64,000 nucleotides of DNA from Endomicrobiales bacterium. GTDB taxonomy: Bacteria; Elusimicrobiota; Endomicrobiia; Endomicrobiales; CAWCFT01. Both the position numbers and the translations under genes were made by a program. This document shows, in pieces, positions 53,569 through 64,000 of this stretch (positions are counted from its first letter, which is position 1; every line of letters starts with the position of its first letter). The stretch spans positions 37,873 to 101,872 of the forward strand of contig CAWCFT010000014.1 of NCBI GenBank assembly GCA_963794945.1. Reading direction: 5' to 3'. Under the pieces are notes generated by a model. It saw only the letters and a list, made by a program, of their open reading frames with translations. It made no database searches and had not been told where the DNA came from.

Positions 53569-56070
53569 CTATATATTGATTTCGGGCTTAGACTCGGCTT
53601 TGACTGGATCGAAAATCCGGTAAGCGAGCAGTTTCAAGTTGTCGTTTACGAGGAACCACATAAGTGCATATCCCCAAACGAACCCGGCCCAACCCCAGCC
53701 TAGAGGCGTCATGAATAACCCGTAAACCGCTATCAGCGTGGCGATGATCTGCGTGCCGAGCACCGCTATCCACAAGATATTCGCGGGGCGTATGGACCAG
53801 AACCGTCCGCGCGTGCGCGTGAGGAATATCGTCAGATGCCCCGCCACGGACAGCTTCAGGTACATCAGCGTCTGTATATGCGCGCGGTCGAGATGAAAAA
53901 CGCGTTCACCGAGATAGAACAGGCCGAAGGCGGAGACGACGCCTATAAGCCCCAACACCGTAGATACGCCAAGCACCATGCGCATATTCCAGGCCTCGGG
54001 CTTGTCCTTGTAATGAACGTTGTCATACGCTATGGAAAGAATTGCGCCGTCGTTAAGCAATGCCAGCATCACTATCATAACCGCCGTTAACGGATAAAAG
54101 TTAAAGACCAGAATAGCCAGCGTCATGAACAACAGCACGCGCAGTGTCTCGGCGATGCGGTAGATGGCATAGCTGTTCATTCGCTGAAATATGCGGCGGC
54201 TTTCCTTGATTGCGTCGATGATCACTGACAGGCCGGGTGTCATCAGCACGATAGCCGCCGCCGCGCGGGCCGCGTCGGTCGCACCCGAAACGGCGATGCC
54301 GCAGTCGGCTTTCTTGAGCGCGGGAGCGTCGTTGACCCCGTCGCCCGTCATACCGACTATGTGCCCCAGCTTCTGCAAAACATCCACGATATGGAACTTA
54401 TGCTCTGGGAAGACCTGCGCGAAACCGTCGGCCTTCTCTATGGACCCGGATACCTCCGGGGTCTCCTGCTTTTTCGAGTCGCCGAGGCCTCCGGCATCAA
54501 GTATATTCGCGCCCATCTCCAGCTTTTTGGCGGTTTCTTTAGCAATGGCCAGCGCGTCACCCGTAACCATCTTTACTTTCACGCCTATGGCAAGCGCCGT
54601 CGCTATTGTTGCCTTCGCGTCTTCCCTCGGCGGATCGAACAGAGGTAACACGCCGACAAACTGCCATTGCCCGTCGCCTTCGGCCCTTGCCACACCCAGT
54701 GAACGAAAACCGCGCGCCGCGAATTCATTGACCGCCTTATCTACAGCGTCCTTGACCTGCCCTGAGTTTGCCGACAATGCCAAAATCACCTGCGGGGCGC
54801 CCTTCGTCACCTTAAACGTCTTACCGTCTTTGGCTTTGACTGCGGCCTCGGTGCGTTTGTGCACCGCATCGAAGGGCTGAAAATGAACCACTTCGTAAGT
54901 TTTCAAGGCCTCTTTATCTTTGAGCCCGCCGAGAACGGCCAGATCGATAGTATCGTTATTCTCCGCCCGCGACGCCAGAGCGGCATTGATAATGACTTGT
55001 TCCGCCGGTATATTATTCACGCTGAACGGTTCGCCCAGCGTCAGTTTGTTCTGGGTAAGAGTGCCGGTCTTGTCCGCGCAGAGCACATCCACACCCGCCA
55101 ATTCTTCTATGGCTACCAACTTGCTGACGATCGCCTGCTTTTTGGCGAGCAGCCGCGCGCCAACAGCCATCGTCACCGAGAGAACCGTAGGCATAGCCAC
55201 AGGGATCGCAGCCACGGTCAGAACCAGGGCGAACTGCAGTGTTGTGAGCAGCGGGTCACCGCGGTGGATAGCGAAGGCAATGATAACCGCCACCAGGCCC
55301 GCGGCAAGTATTATAAGGTAATTGCCTATCTTCAAAACTGCCTTTTGAAAATGGCTGACAGTGTGCGCTTCCTGTACCAACTGTGCTGTCTTCCCAAAGT
55401 ATGTGTTCGCTCCCGTAGCATAGACCATCGCCCCGATCTCACCCTGACGGATAATAGAGCCTGAAAACACGGCCTCGCCGGGCTTGCGTGTGGCGGGTAG
55501 GGACTCTCCTGTCAAAGCGGACTGATCCACCTCTACCGGGTCGCCCTCCAGCAAGCGCGCGTCCGCCGGCACAATGTCGCCCAGACGCATTCGTATGACG
55601 TCGCCCGGCACAAGCTCCCGTGCCGGAGGCGTTGCCCATTTCCCGTCCCGTTTTACCCTGGCATTGATCGCAAGTTTTGCTTTCAACGCTTCAATGGCGT
55701 TGCCAGCCTCCCGTTCTTCCCAGAATCCGACAACGGCGTTTGCCATAAGCAAAAGGAGTATTATGCCGAAGTCCGGCCAATGCCGGGCTACCGCAGAAAG
55801 GATCACGGCCGCTTCTATCATCCACGGTATGGGCCCCCAAAAATAGCTGAGGAATTTAAGGAATGGATTAGTTTTCTTTTCTTCCAGTTCGTTGGGCCCG
55901 TATTGGACCAGCCGTTTCTGCGCCTCGGCCTCGCTCAAGCCTTCAGGCGACGACCCGAGCTTTGCCAACAGTTCCGGCATCGGAAGGGTTTTCAGGTCGT
56001 CCTTTGATTCGGGTTTAGAGCCCGGCTTTGATTCTGGTTGTTTGTTGTTCGGGTTTATATTTTCCGTCAT
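53569..56070 (-). CDS. Plasma-membrane proton-efflux P-type ATPase (P3A)
   Basis: TGES, AIPVAMP, DKTGTLT, KGAP, TGDGVNDAPALK, NDG, YLKLS. Confidence 0.92.
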   Translation of the reverse strand: MTENINPNNKQPESKPGSKPESKDDLKTLPMPELLAKLGSSPEGLSEAEAQKRLVQYGPNELEEKKTNPFLKFLSYFWGPIPWMIEAAVILSAVARHWPDFGIILLLLMANAVVGFWEEREAGNAIEALKAKLAINARVKRDGKWATPPARELVPGDVIRMRLGDIVPADARLLEGDPVEVDQSALTGESLPATRKPGEAVFSGSIIRQGEIGAMVYATGANTYFGKTAQLVQEAHTVSHFQKAVLKIGNYLIILAAGLVAVIIAFAIHRGDPLLTTLQFALVLTVAAIPVAMPTVLSVTMAVGARLLAKKQAIVSKLVAIEELAGVDVLCADKTGTLTQNKLTLGEPFSVNNIPAEQVIINAALASRAENNDTIDLAVLGGLKDKEALKTYEVVHFQPFDAVHKRTEAAVKAKDGKTFKVTKGAPQVILALSANSGQVKDAVDKAVNEFAARGFRSLGVARAEGDGQWQFVGVLPLFDPPREDAKATIATALAIGVKVKMVTGDALAIAKETAKKLEMGANILDAGGLGDSKKQETPEVSGSIEKADGFAQVFPEHKFHIVDVLQKLGHIVGMTGDGVNDAPALKKADCGIAVSGATDAARAAAAIVLMTPGLSVIIDAIKESRRIFQRMNSYAIYRIAETLRVLLFMTLAILVFNFYPLTAVMIVMLALLNDGAILSIAYDNVHYKDKPEAWNMRMVLGVSTVLGLIGVVSAFGLFYLGERVFHLDRAHIQTLMYLKLSVAGHLTIFLTRTRGRFWSIRPANILWIAVLGTQIIATLIAVYGLFMTPLGWGWAGFVWGYALMWFLVNDNLKLLAYRIFDPVKAESKPEINI

Positions 56071-56118
56071 ACGGAGTCTCCAGAGTTCTGACAGTCTATC
56101 GCCAGAGGGTACATGAAC

Positions 56119-56250
56119 TTACTGTTTTTTATTTAACTGTTTGATAATTATGATTACCATTAGAACCACCACGAGTATGCCGATAACCACCCATACTCCC
56201 ATCCAATCGTTCATCCAGCCGCCCATCCATCCGTGTGCATGATTCATCAT
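56119..56250 (-). CDS. 43-aa membrane peptide (absent from the ORF track)
   Basis: [47 protein letters not shown] overlap with the fba stop; RBS AAGGAG. Confidence 0.6.
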   Translation of the reverse strand: MMNHAHGWMGGWMNDWMGVWVVIGILVVVLMVIIIIKQLNKKQ

Positions 56251-57287
56251 AACAATACTCCTTTCCTATTTTTTTCCATCCTGTCATTATATTCGCCGCG
56301 GCGTGCGGCCCGGTTGCACTTGGCTCTATGATATAAAGCTTGCTGTGCCTCAGATACATTGGCTTCACTACCTTTCCAAATTTCCAGAGCCGGCTGTTGG
56401 ATGGCTCGGGCAAACGAAAACGCCAGCGCCCAGGGCAATCTCGATTTAAATCTCACATTCATGGCATTTAATCTGGCAGACGCGAACTCCGCGGATTGAC
56501 CGCCCGACAAGAACGCGATTCCCGGAACGACTGCGGGAACGGCCCGCAGGAGACACTTCACCGTGACATCGGCAACCTCGTCTACTGTTTCCTGTTTGGG
56601 ACAAGTTAATCCTGGAAGCACCATGTTTGGTTTGAGTATCATACCCTCAAGCATGACCCGTTGTATATAAAGTTGATTGAAAACCGTTTTAAGAACTTCC
56701 TCCGTTACCTCAAAACATCGCTTCATGGTATGTTCACCGTCCATAAGCACTTCCGGCTCTACGATAGGCACCAGTCCCGCTTCCTGACACAGGGCGGCAT
56801 AGCGCGCCAGCGCGTGAGCGTTCGCCTCGATGCAGCCCCTGCTTGGATTGCCGCCGGAGATGGCGAATACCGCGCGCCATTTGGCAAAACGCGCGCCCAT
56901 TTTAAAGTATTCGGCCAGCCGTCCGCTCAGCCCGTCCAAACCTTCTGTTACTTTTTCACCGGGATGAAAAACCATATCCTTCGCGCCGGTGTCAACCTTG
57001 ATGCCGGGAATTATCCCCGCGTCCGTAATAACCTTAAGAAATGGGGTACCGTCTTTTTTTGACTGCCGTATGGTCTCGTCATAAAGGATAACGCCGCTGA
57101 TAGACTCCCCTAAACCCGGAGTTGTAATTATCAACTCACGATAGCTTCGCCTGGCCTCAACTGTCTGAGGTATCCCCAACGCCGCGAAACGTTTATTGCA
57201 AGTCGGATCGCTCTCATCCATCGCCAGCAGGCCTTTGTCACCGGCAACCATCGCTTTGGCTGTTTTTATAAGCTCCTGTTCGTTCAT
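56247..57287 (-). CDS. fba: Class I fructose-bisphosphate aldolase
   Basis: [38 protein letters not shown]. Confidence 0.93.
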   Translation of the reverse strand: MNEQELIKTAKAMVAGDKGLLAMDESDPTCNKRFAALGIPQTVEARRSYRELIITTPGLGESISGVILYDETIRQSKKDGTPFLKVITDAGIIPGIKVDTGAKDMVFHPGEKVTEGLDGLSGRLAEYFKMGARFAKWRAVFAISGGNPSRGCIEANAHALARYAALCQEAGLVPIVEPEVLMDGEHTMKRCFEVTEEVLKTVFNQLYIQRVMLEGMILKPNMVLPGLTCPKQETVDEVADVTVKCLLRAVPAVVPGIAFLSGGQSAEFASARLNAMNVRFKSRLPWALAFSFARAIQQPALEIWKGSEANVSEAQQALYHRAKCNRAARRGEYNDRMEKNRKGVLL

Positions 57288-59652
57288 TTCTTGTCACCCC
57301 ACTTCCAGTCGCGAACCTCCGGCATGTCCAGGCCGTTCTTGTCGATATATTTCCTGTGTTCAACAAGTTTGTCCTCCAGCATTTTCTTAAGCTTGGCACC
57401 TTTTTCGCCCAACTGCGGCAAACGGCTTATCGCGTCTAACACCAGATGGAACCTGTCAAGGTGGTTTAAGACCGTCATGTCGAAATACGTCGTGATGGTA
57501 CCCTCTTCCTTGTATCCGTGAACGTGCATGTTCGCGTGGTTATTGCGGCGGTATGTCAGCAGGTGAACAAGCTTTGGGTATCCATGGAACGCGAAGATGA
57601 CCGGCTTATCCTTCGTAAACAACTCGTCGAACTCAGCTTCATTTAACCCGTGCGGATGCTGGGTGTTTGATTCCAGTTTCATCAGATCGACAACGTTTAT
57701 CACGCGGACCTTCAGTTCCGGCAGATGTTCGCGCAGGATTGAAACGGCAGCCATACACTCAAGCGTCGGCACATCGCCGCAACAGGCCATCACCACGTCG
57801 GGTTCTTTGCCTTTGTCACTGCTGGCCCATTTCCATACGCCGATTCCCTGGGTACAATGTTCTATCGCGGCGTCCATATCCAGCCACTGGGGCGCCTGAT
57901 ATTTGCCCGCGACCACTACGTTAACGTAATGCCTGCTCCTCAAACAATGATCCCAGATCGACAGCAGGCAGTTGGCGTCAGGCGCAAGATACACGCGTAC
58001 GATCGAGGCTTTCTTGTTCACAACGTGATCTATGAAGCCGGGGTCCTGGTGCGTAAAACCGTTGTGCGCCTGCTGCCAGATATGTGAGGCAAGCAGATAG
58101 TTTAACGACGCGATCTTACGCCGCCACGGCAGTTCCGCCGTGACTTTCAGCCACTTGGCGTGCTGGTTGAACATAGAATCGATTATATGAATGAAAGCCT
58201 CGTAGCAATTGAACAATCCGTGCCGGCCGGTGAGCAGATAACCTTCCAGCCATCCTTCGCACTGATGTTCGCTAAGCGCTTCCATTACCCGGCCGTCGGT
58301 AGCGAGAAACTCGTCGTTGTCTTTCGTCCGGCCTTCCCACTGGCGGTTCGTGACCTCAAAAACGGCCTGCAATCTGTTGGAAAGCGTTTCATCGGGGCCG
58401 AATATCCTGAAATTCCTTTCTTTCATATTGAGCTTGGCCACATCGCGCAAAAATACTCCCAGCTCATGCGCGTCGGAGGCTTCCACCGATCCCGGCGCAG
58501 GCACTTTCACTGCGTATTTCCGAAAGTCCGGCATAACAAGGTCGTGCAGCACCAGCCCGCCGTTTGTATGAGGATTGGAGCCCATTCTTTTCTCACCTTT
58601 GGGCGCAAGTTCCGCCAGCTCCGGAATAAGGCGTCCCTCTTTATCGAAAAGTTCTTCCGCTTTATAACTTTTCATCCAGTTTTCAAGGATCTTTAGATGG
58701 TCCGGATGCTCTTTGTCTACTAATAGAGGTATCTGGTGGGCACGGAAGGTTCCCTCGACCTGCAACCCATCCACGACTTTCGGACCGGTCCACCCCTTGG
58801 GTGAATTTAGCACGATCATCGGCCAGCGCGGACGAGTGGTGTCGTTTTTGCCGCGCGCATTTGTTTGGATATCCCGGATACTTTCTATAACCTCTTCTAG
58901 GGTGCCCGCCATGAGCTGGTGCATCTTTTCCGGGTCATCGCCTTCCACAAAGTAGGGTGTCCAGCCGCAGCCCCGCAAGAATTGATCGAGTTCCTCGCGC
59001 TCTATGCGGGCAAGAATGGTAGGGTTCGCTATTTTATAACCGTTAAGATGAAGTATTGGAAGCACAGCCCCGTCCGTTATCGGATTCAAGAATTTATTGG
59101 AGTGCCACGCGGTCGCCAGTGGCCCAGTTTCCGCTTCACCGTCTCCGATAACACATGCTACGATAAGATCCGGATTGTCGAAGGCCGCACCGAATGCGTG
59201 GCTAAGCGAATACCCAGCTCGCCGCCCTCATGGATAGAACCCGGAGTCGTAGGCGCAACGTGGCTCGAAATTCCTCCGGGAAACGAAAATTGTTTGAATA
59301 ACTTTCTTAAGCCGTCCTCATCACGGGTGATGTCCGGGTAAACCTCGCTCCAGGTGCCTTCGAGATAAACGTTGCCTACGATAGCCGGGCCACCGTGGCC
59401 GGGACCGGCTACATAAAACATATTGAGGTCATACTTATTTATGACCCGATTCAGATGCACATATATAAAGTTCTGGCCCGGGGTAGTGCCCCAATGTCCG
59501 AGCAGCATCGACTTCACGTTCGATAGTTTCAGCGGTTTGCGAAGCAACGGGTTCTCGTGCAGATAGAGCTGGCCGACGGACAAATAGTTGGCGGCGCGCC
59601 AATAAGCGTTTATCTTATTAAGCAGTTCCGGGGACAGAGCGTTTGTTTTCAT
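57284..59652 (-). CDS. xfp: Phosphoketolase (XFP), frameshift near 59210
   Basis: [43 protein letters not shown]. Confidence 0.93.
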
Positions 59653-59655
59653 GGT

Positions 59656-60864
59656 TCAATTCTCCTTTTTATGTTTAAGACCAAGCACGCCGAACACCAA
59701 GCGCGCGATCATCAGTTCTTCATCCGTACGAATGACGCGAGCTGTGACAAGACTGGTATTCGTGGAAATCACACCTTCATTTGTCGCATTTCGATTTTCT
59801 TCAAGTTCAATCCCGAGAAATCCAAGCCCATCGCAAATGCGCGTGCGTACGAGCGGCGCATTTTCACCGATGCCTCCGGAGAAGACCAGTGTGTCCAATC
59901 CCCCCAGCGCGGCGGCGAATGAACCTATCCATTTTTTTACCTGATAACAGAACATCGCGACAGCTTCAGCCGCCCGCACATCCTTTGTTTCTATATCGAG
60001 CAAGTCATGCATGTCGGAACTGGTCTCCGAAACGCCGAGCAGGCCGGACTGGAAATTGACCATCTCATTGAATAGTTTTGCGTCGAGGCCTTCGGTGCGC
60101 GCCATATACCAGTGCAGTCCGGGATCGAGATCGCCGGAGCGGGTGCTCATCGGCACACCTGCCGTCGGCGTGAAACTCATGCTTGTGTCAATAGATTTAC
60201 CATTGAGAACTGCCGCAAGGCTCGCGCCATTGCCAAGATGAGCCAATATCACCCGGCCCTGCGCCGCCTCAGTTCCGGCAAGACGGGCCAATTCTTCCAT
60301 AAGATACGCGTAGGACAACCCGTGAAAACCGTACCGCCGAACCCCTTTTGCTTCGTAGTGGCGCGGTATAGGCAACATCCGGGCAACGCGCGGCAGGTCA
60401 TGATGAAAAGCCGTGTCGAAACAAGCTACTTGTGTCAGGTTCGGGAACCGGCGCGCGAACGCCTCTGTTAAAAGTATCTCTTCCGGCAGATGCTGTGGAT
60501 CAAACGGACTTAAAGTGTGCAGCTCCTTGACCATTACCGCGGTTATAAGCTGCGGTTCGTTATACTTCGGCCCGCCGTGAACCACGCGATGCCCCACTGC
60601 GGTTAATGCGCCTTTCCCGAAACGTTCTTCTATCCAATCCATCAGCGCGTCAACCGCAGCTGTGTGATCTGGAGCGGCTAGCTTGCGCGAAAAGCTGTCT
60701 GCCGGATTTATGGCTTTCACCCGAAAGACGGCGTCCGGCAGTCCGATCCGTTCGATACCGCCGTCCATTATCCTCAGGAGCGGGTTCCCGGCTTCGAACA
60801 CCGCGAACTTGATACTTGACGAGCCGCCGTTAATCGTAAGTATGCGTAGGTTATCTGTTTCCAT
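59656..60864 (-). CDS. ackA: Acetate/propionate kinase
   Basis: INGGSSSIK, GHRVVHGG, DTAFH, RRYGFHG, GGIGEN. Confidence 0.93.
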   Translation of the reverse strand: METDNLRILTINGGSSSIKFAVFEAGNPLLRIMDGGIERIGLPDAVFRVKAINPADSFSRKLAAPDHTAAVDALMDWIEERFGKGALTAVGHRVVHGGPKYNEPQLITAVMVKELHTLSPFDPQHLPEEILLTEAFARRFPNLTQVACFDTAFHHDLPRVARMLPIPRHYEAKGVRRYGFHGLSYAYLMEELARLAGTEAAQGRVILAHLGNGASLAAVLNGKSIDTSMSFTPTAGVPMSTRSGDLDPGLHWYMARTEGLDAKLFNEMVNFQSGLLGVSETSSDMHDLLDIETKDVRAAEAVAMFCYQVKKWIGSFAAALGGLDTLVFSGGIGENAPLVRTRICDGLGFLGIELEENRNATNEGVISTNTSLVTARVIRTDEELMIARLVFGVLGLKHKKEN

Positions 60865-61492
60865 TGATACTTTCCACCTCTAATCCGAATGAAGCCAGTT
60901 TCGATCGCGTGGACCTGTAATCTTTGTGAAGTATACTTCGGATCCCCATGCCTTCCGCGATCTCTACGAACATCGGAGTGTTTTCTATATATATAACCTT
61001 ATCGGTTGCAACCCTCACGGTATCGAGCGCGAGCCGGAAAATATCCTTGTCGGGTTTTCTCAAGTGAACGAAACAGGATGAAACAAAATAATCAACGAAA
61101 CCGTCGAGCTTGAATTTGCTGATCCTGTACTCATTTATCTCGCGCCCCTCGTTGCTGACAACTACTATCTTCAGTCCGTAGAACGCTTTGAGCCCGCGCA
61201 CAAGCTCGATCATATCCGGATAAGCCTCTGACTGCGCGTACATGAATTTCAAAAACTGAGCCTGAGTAAACGGCCGTTTTTTGTAGAAGACAAGACGGTT
61301 CAAATATTCCTTAAGCGTAAGCTTACCCAGCTCGTAAGTGCCAAGGGCCTCTTTATGTCGGGTTTCCATCTCTTCATAATCCAGGCCGAACGTCTTAGCC
61401 GCCATTTTACCAGCCTTATGGCTCCACCCGTCGGTGAGCAAAACGCCGCCGATATCCACGAACAAACATTTGACCACAGGTTTTTTAAGCAT
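60851..61492 (-). CDS. HAD family phosphatase
   Basis: DIGGVLL, VSNE, RKPD. Confidence 0.85.
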   Translation of the reverse strand: MLKKPVVKCLFVDIGGVLLTDGWSHKAGKMAAKTFGLDYEEMETRHKEALGTYELGKLTLKEYLNRLVFYKKRPFTQAQFLKFMYAQSEAYPDMIELVRGLKAFYGLKIVVVSNEGREINEYRISKFKLDGFVDYFVSSCFVHLRKPDKDIFRLALDTVRVATDKVIYIENTPMFVEIAEGMGIRSILHKDYRSTRSKLASFGLEVESINGNR

Positions 61493-61631
61493 ATTCTCCT
61501 TTTGCGCTCCCCTCTTTCGCTTCAAAGCTGCAAGTCCGCTTTAGCGGGAGGGGTAAGGGGGAGTTCTGTTTAGCCGCTAACTCCCCTCAGTCCCCTCTTT
61601 AACAAAAGAGGGGATGACCTAAACTGTCAAA

Positions 61632-64000
61632 TCACCTCTGCCATAATATTTGAGCGGCTTCCAGAGGGACGGCAGCGCCGTTAAAGTTCGGTATCACTCT
61701 CGCCGTATAGTCCGACGGCGGACGGGATGCGGGTACAACCGCGGTATAAGCATAACCGCCCGGCTCGCCAGCCAGTTGCCTGCTTTGCTTCATCTCCTGC
61801 TTTATACAACTACCGCCGCTAATTCCATCTATATAAAGCTCAACCCGGACTGCCTTCGAGTCGATGTCCTTTAGATAGACTGTAATTTCAAATATATGCT
61901 GCTGCTTGTCGGTTTTAATCTTTGTTTCGCCGAAATGAATTGAAGACCACTTTTGTTCGAGAGTGTGCCGCCAATTTATCAGATTTTTACCCATCGCGCC
62001 TTTATCGGAAGCTCGCGCGAGGTAAGATGCAGCGGCAGGAATATAATGTTGTTCGGCATATTCACGCACTGTGCGGTTCGTAGAAAACTGTGGAGTCAGG
62101 CGCGCCATGCTTTCCCTCATCCGCGCTACCCATTCAACCGGTATGCCTTGCTTGTTGCGGCGGTAAAACTCCGGGACAACTTTCTGTTCCAAAAGCTCGT
62201 AGAGCGCTTCGGCTTCAATAGCGTCAATAGAAGGGTCATCCCCGTGATCCTTCCCGTCTCCTATTGCCCAGCCCACTTCCGGGGTATACGCTTCCGCCCA
62301 CCAACCGTCGAGTTCCGACAGATTTATACCGCCGTTGACAAGAACCTTCATACCGCTCGTTCCGCTGGCCTCCCAGGGCCGGCGCGGAGTGTTTATCCAG
62401 ACATCCACCCCCTGCACCAACCGCGCGGCGAGCAGCATGTCGTAATCGCTGAGAAATATCACATGGGGCGAAGGTCCGGGACGTTGAATAAAGTTTATCC
62501 ATTCCTTAATGAGGGCCTGGCCTGCCATGTCCGCAGGATGGGCTTTGCCAGCCATAATAAGTTGTACCGGATGCTGTGTGTTTGTTAGCAGTCGGCGCAG
62601 CCGTTCCGGGTCGCGCAACAGCAGGTTCGGCCTTTTGTAAGTGGCAAAGCGCCGCGCAAAACCCAGCGTCAGCGCGTTGGGGTCAAATAGATGTTTCGCC
62701 GCTTCAATCTGTTCCGGCGGCGCTCCAGTCGAGGTCAGCTGCCGGGACAGTCTTTCGCGAGCGTATTCAACAAGAGACTTTCCTGCGGAAGAACGGAACT
62801 TCCAAAGCCTCTCATCCGAGATGCGGCGTATATTCTGTTCCATAGTTTCGGTCGTGCCAAGCCAGCGGTCTTTCCCGCAGGCTTCGGTCCAGAGCTCATC
62901 GGATTCCTGCGAATCCCAGCTCGGCATATGGACTCCGTTGGTAACGTGCCCTACAGGGACTTCATCCACCGGCCAGCGCGGAAAAAGAGAAGAAAATAAT
63001 TGCCTGCTCACTTTCCCGTGCAGTCGGCTTACACCGTTAACAGCGCCGCTCCCATGGATGGCAAGATAAGCCATATTGAAAGGTTCTGAACTGTCGCCGC
63101 CGTTTTGACGGCCCAGAACCAGCATATCGTTAAATGATATACCTAACTCTCTCTGCGCGTATTGGCCAAGATATTGTTCAATGAGAGACGGATGAAAACG
63201 ATCAAAGCCCGCCGCTACCGCCGTGTGCGTGGTAAAAAGATTTCCTGCCCTTGTTACCGCGAGTGCCGCTTCAAAAGGCATTGGGTTTTCCTGCATAAAA
63301 CTCCGAGCGCGTTCAAGGACAGCGAAAGCGGCGTGCCCCTCGTTTAAGTGGCATACTTCAGGCCGGATACCGAGCGCTCCGAGAGCCGCCAACCGCCGAT
63401 TCCGAGGAGAAGCTCCTGCTTAAAGCGCAGTTCAGTCCCGCCGCCATAAAGTTCGCTCGTAATTCCGCGGTGTACTGAAATGTTCGCGGGATCGTTGCTG
63501 TCTAACAGATAAAGTTTCACTCTCCCCACCTGGGCCTGCCAAGCGCGCAACCAAACAGAGTAACCGGGCAAAGTGACCTCCAGTCGCAGCCACTCACCGT
63601 TCGCCTGCCGCAAAGGAGTGATCGGCAGTTGCCCGGGATCGTTATAAGGATAAATTGCCTCTTGTTCCCCATCCTTGTTTATCACCTGGCGAAAATAACC
63701 TTGCTGGTATAACAGGCCTATCCCGACAACTGGCACACCAAGATCGCTGTAAGCTTTGAGCTGGTCGCCGGCTACGTTGCCAAGGCCGCCGGAGTATATG
63801 GGCAGGGCTTCGCTAAGCATAAATTCCATGCTGAAATATGCAACGTTGGTCAGCGAGCTCTGCAGATGATTTTTCTGGAACGATGCGGGCGCTTCAAGCG
63901 CCACTCGCCTGGCCTGCACCAGGTCATTAACTTCTTGTGAAAACCGTGGTCGGACAATACGTGCTCTATCTGGCTTCCAGAAACGGTTTGAAGAACGACC
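61632..64000 (-). CDS. glgP: Alpha-glucan (glycogen/starch) phosphorylase; frameshift near 63390; 5' end outside the window
   Basis: YFSMEF..YSGGLG, HLNEGH, ARRFATYKR, EASGTSGMK. Confidence 0.92.

Noticed and set aside
53836..63423. Numerous + strand ORFs over the glgP-ATPase block
   Set aside because: They are antisense shadows of well-supported - strand genes and have no motifs of their own

Overview
64 kb of a moderately AT-rich bacterial chromosome. The gene style and the giant Ser/Thr-rich repeat protein suggest Elusimicrobiota, but this is inference and unverified. Many genes carry single-base frameshifts, most likely uncorrected long-read errors. Left part (+ strand): nnrE end, an M16 peptidase pair, an oligopeptide ABC operon with an inserted glycoside hydrolase-like gene, cca, tRNA-Gly and a degenerate HD-GYP gene. 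Next is an apparently uncharacterised RiPP locus: HPr-kinase-like gene, PqqD/RRE, radical SAM/SPASM, a 48-aa precursor missed by the ORF track (YxxP leader, CxxC..C core, C-terminal Ser), and an S24/S26-like peptidase domain fused in frame to a >4,300-aa surface protein built from 99-aa repeats. That gene is cut by an IS110 element. Its CT core, circle-junction promoter and candidate bridge RNA with guides matching its own flanks can be read from the sequence. Right part (mostly - strand): thiol/sulfur genes, a MITE, GGDEF and sensor genes, envelope genes, a candidate Na+/Li+ riboswitch before a DUF1646 gene, and a GC-richer glgP-ackA-xfp-fba-H+-ATPase block.
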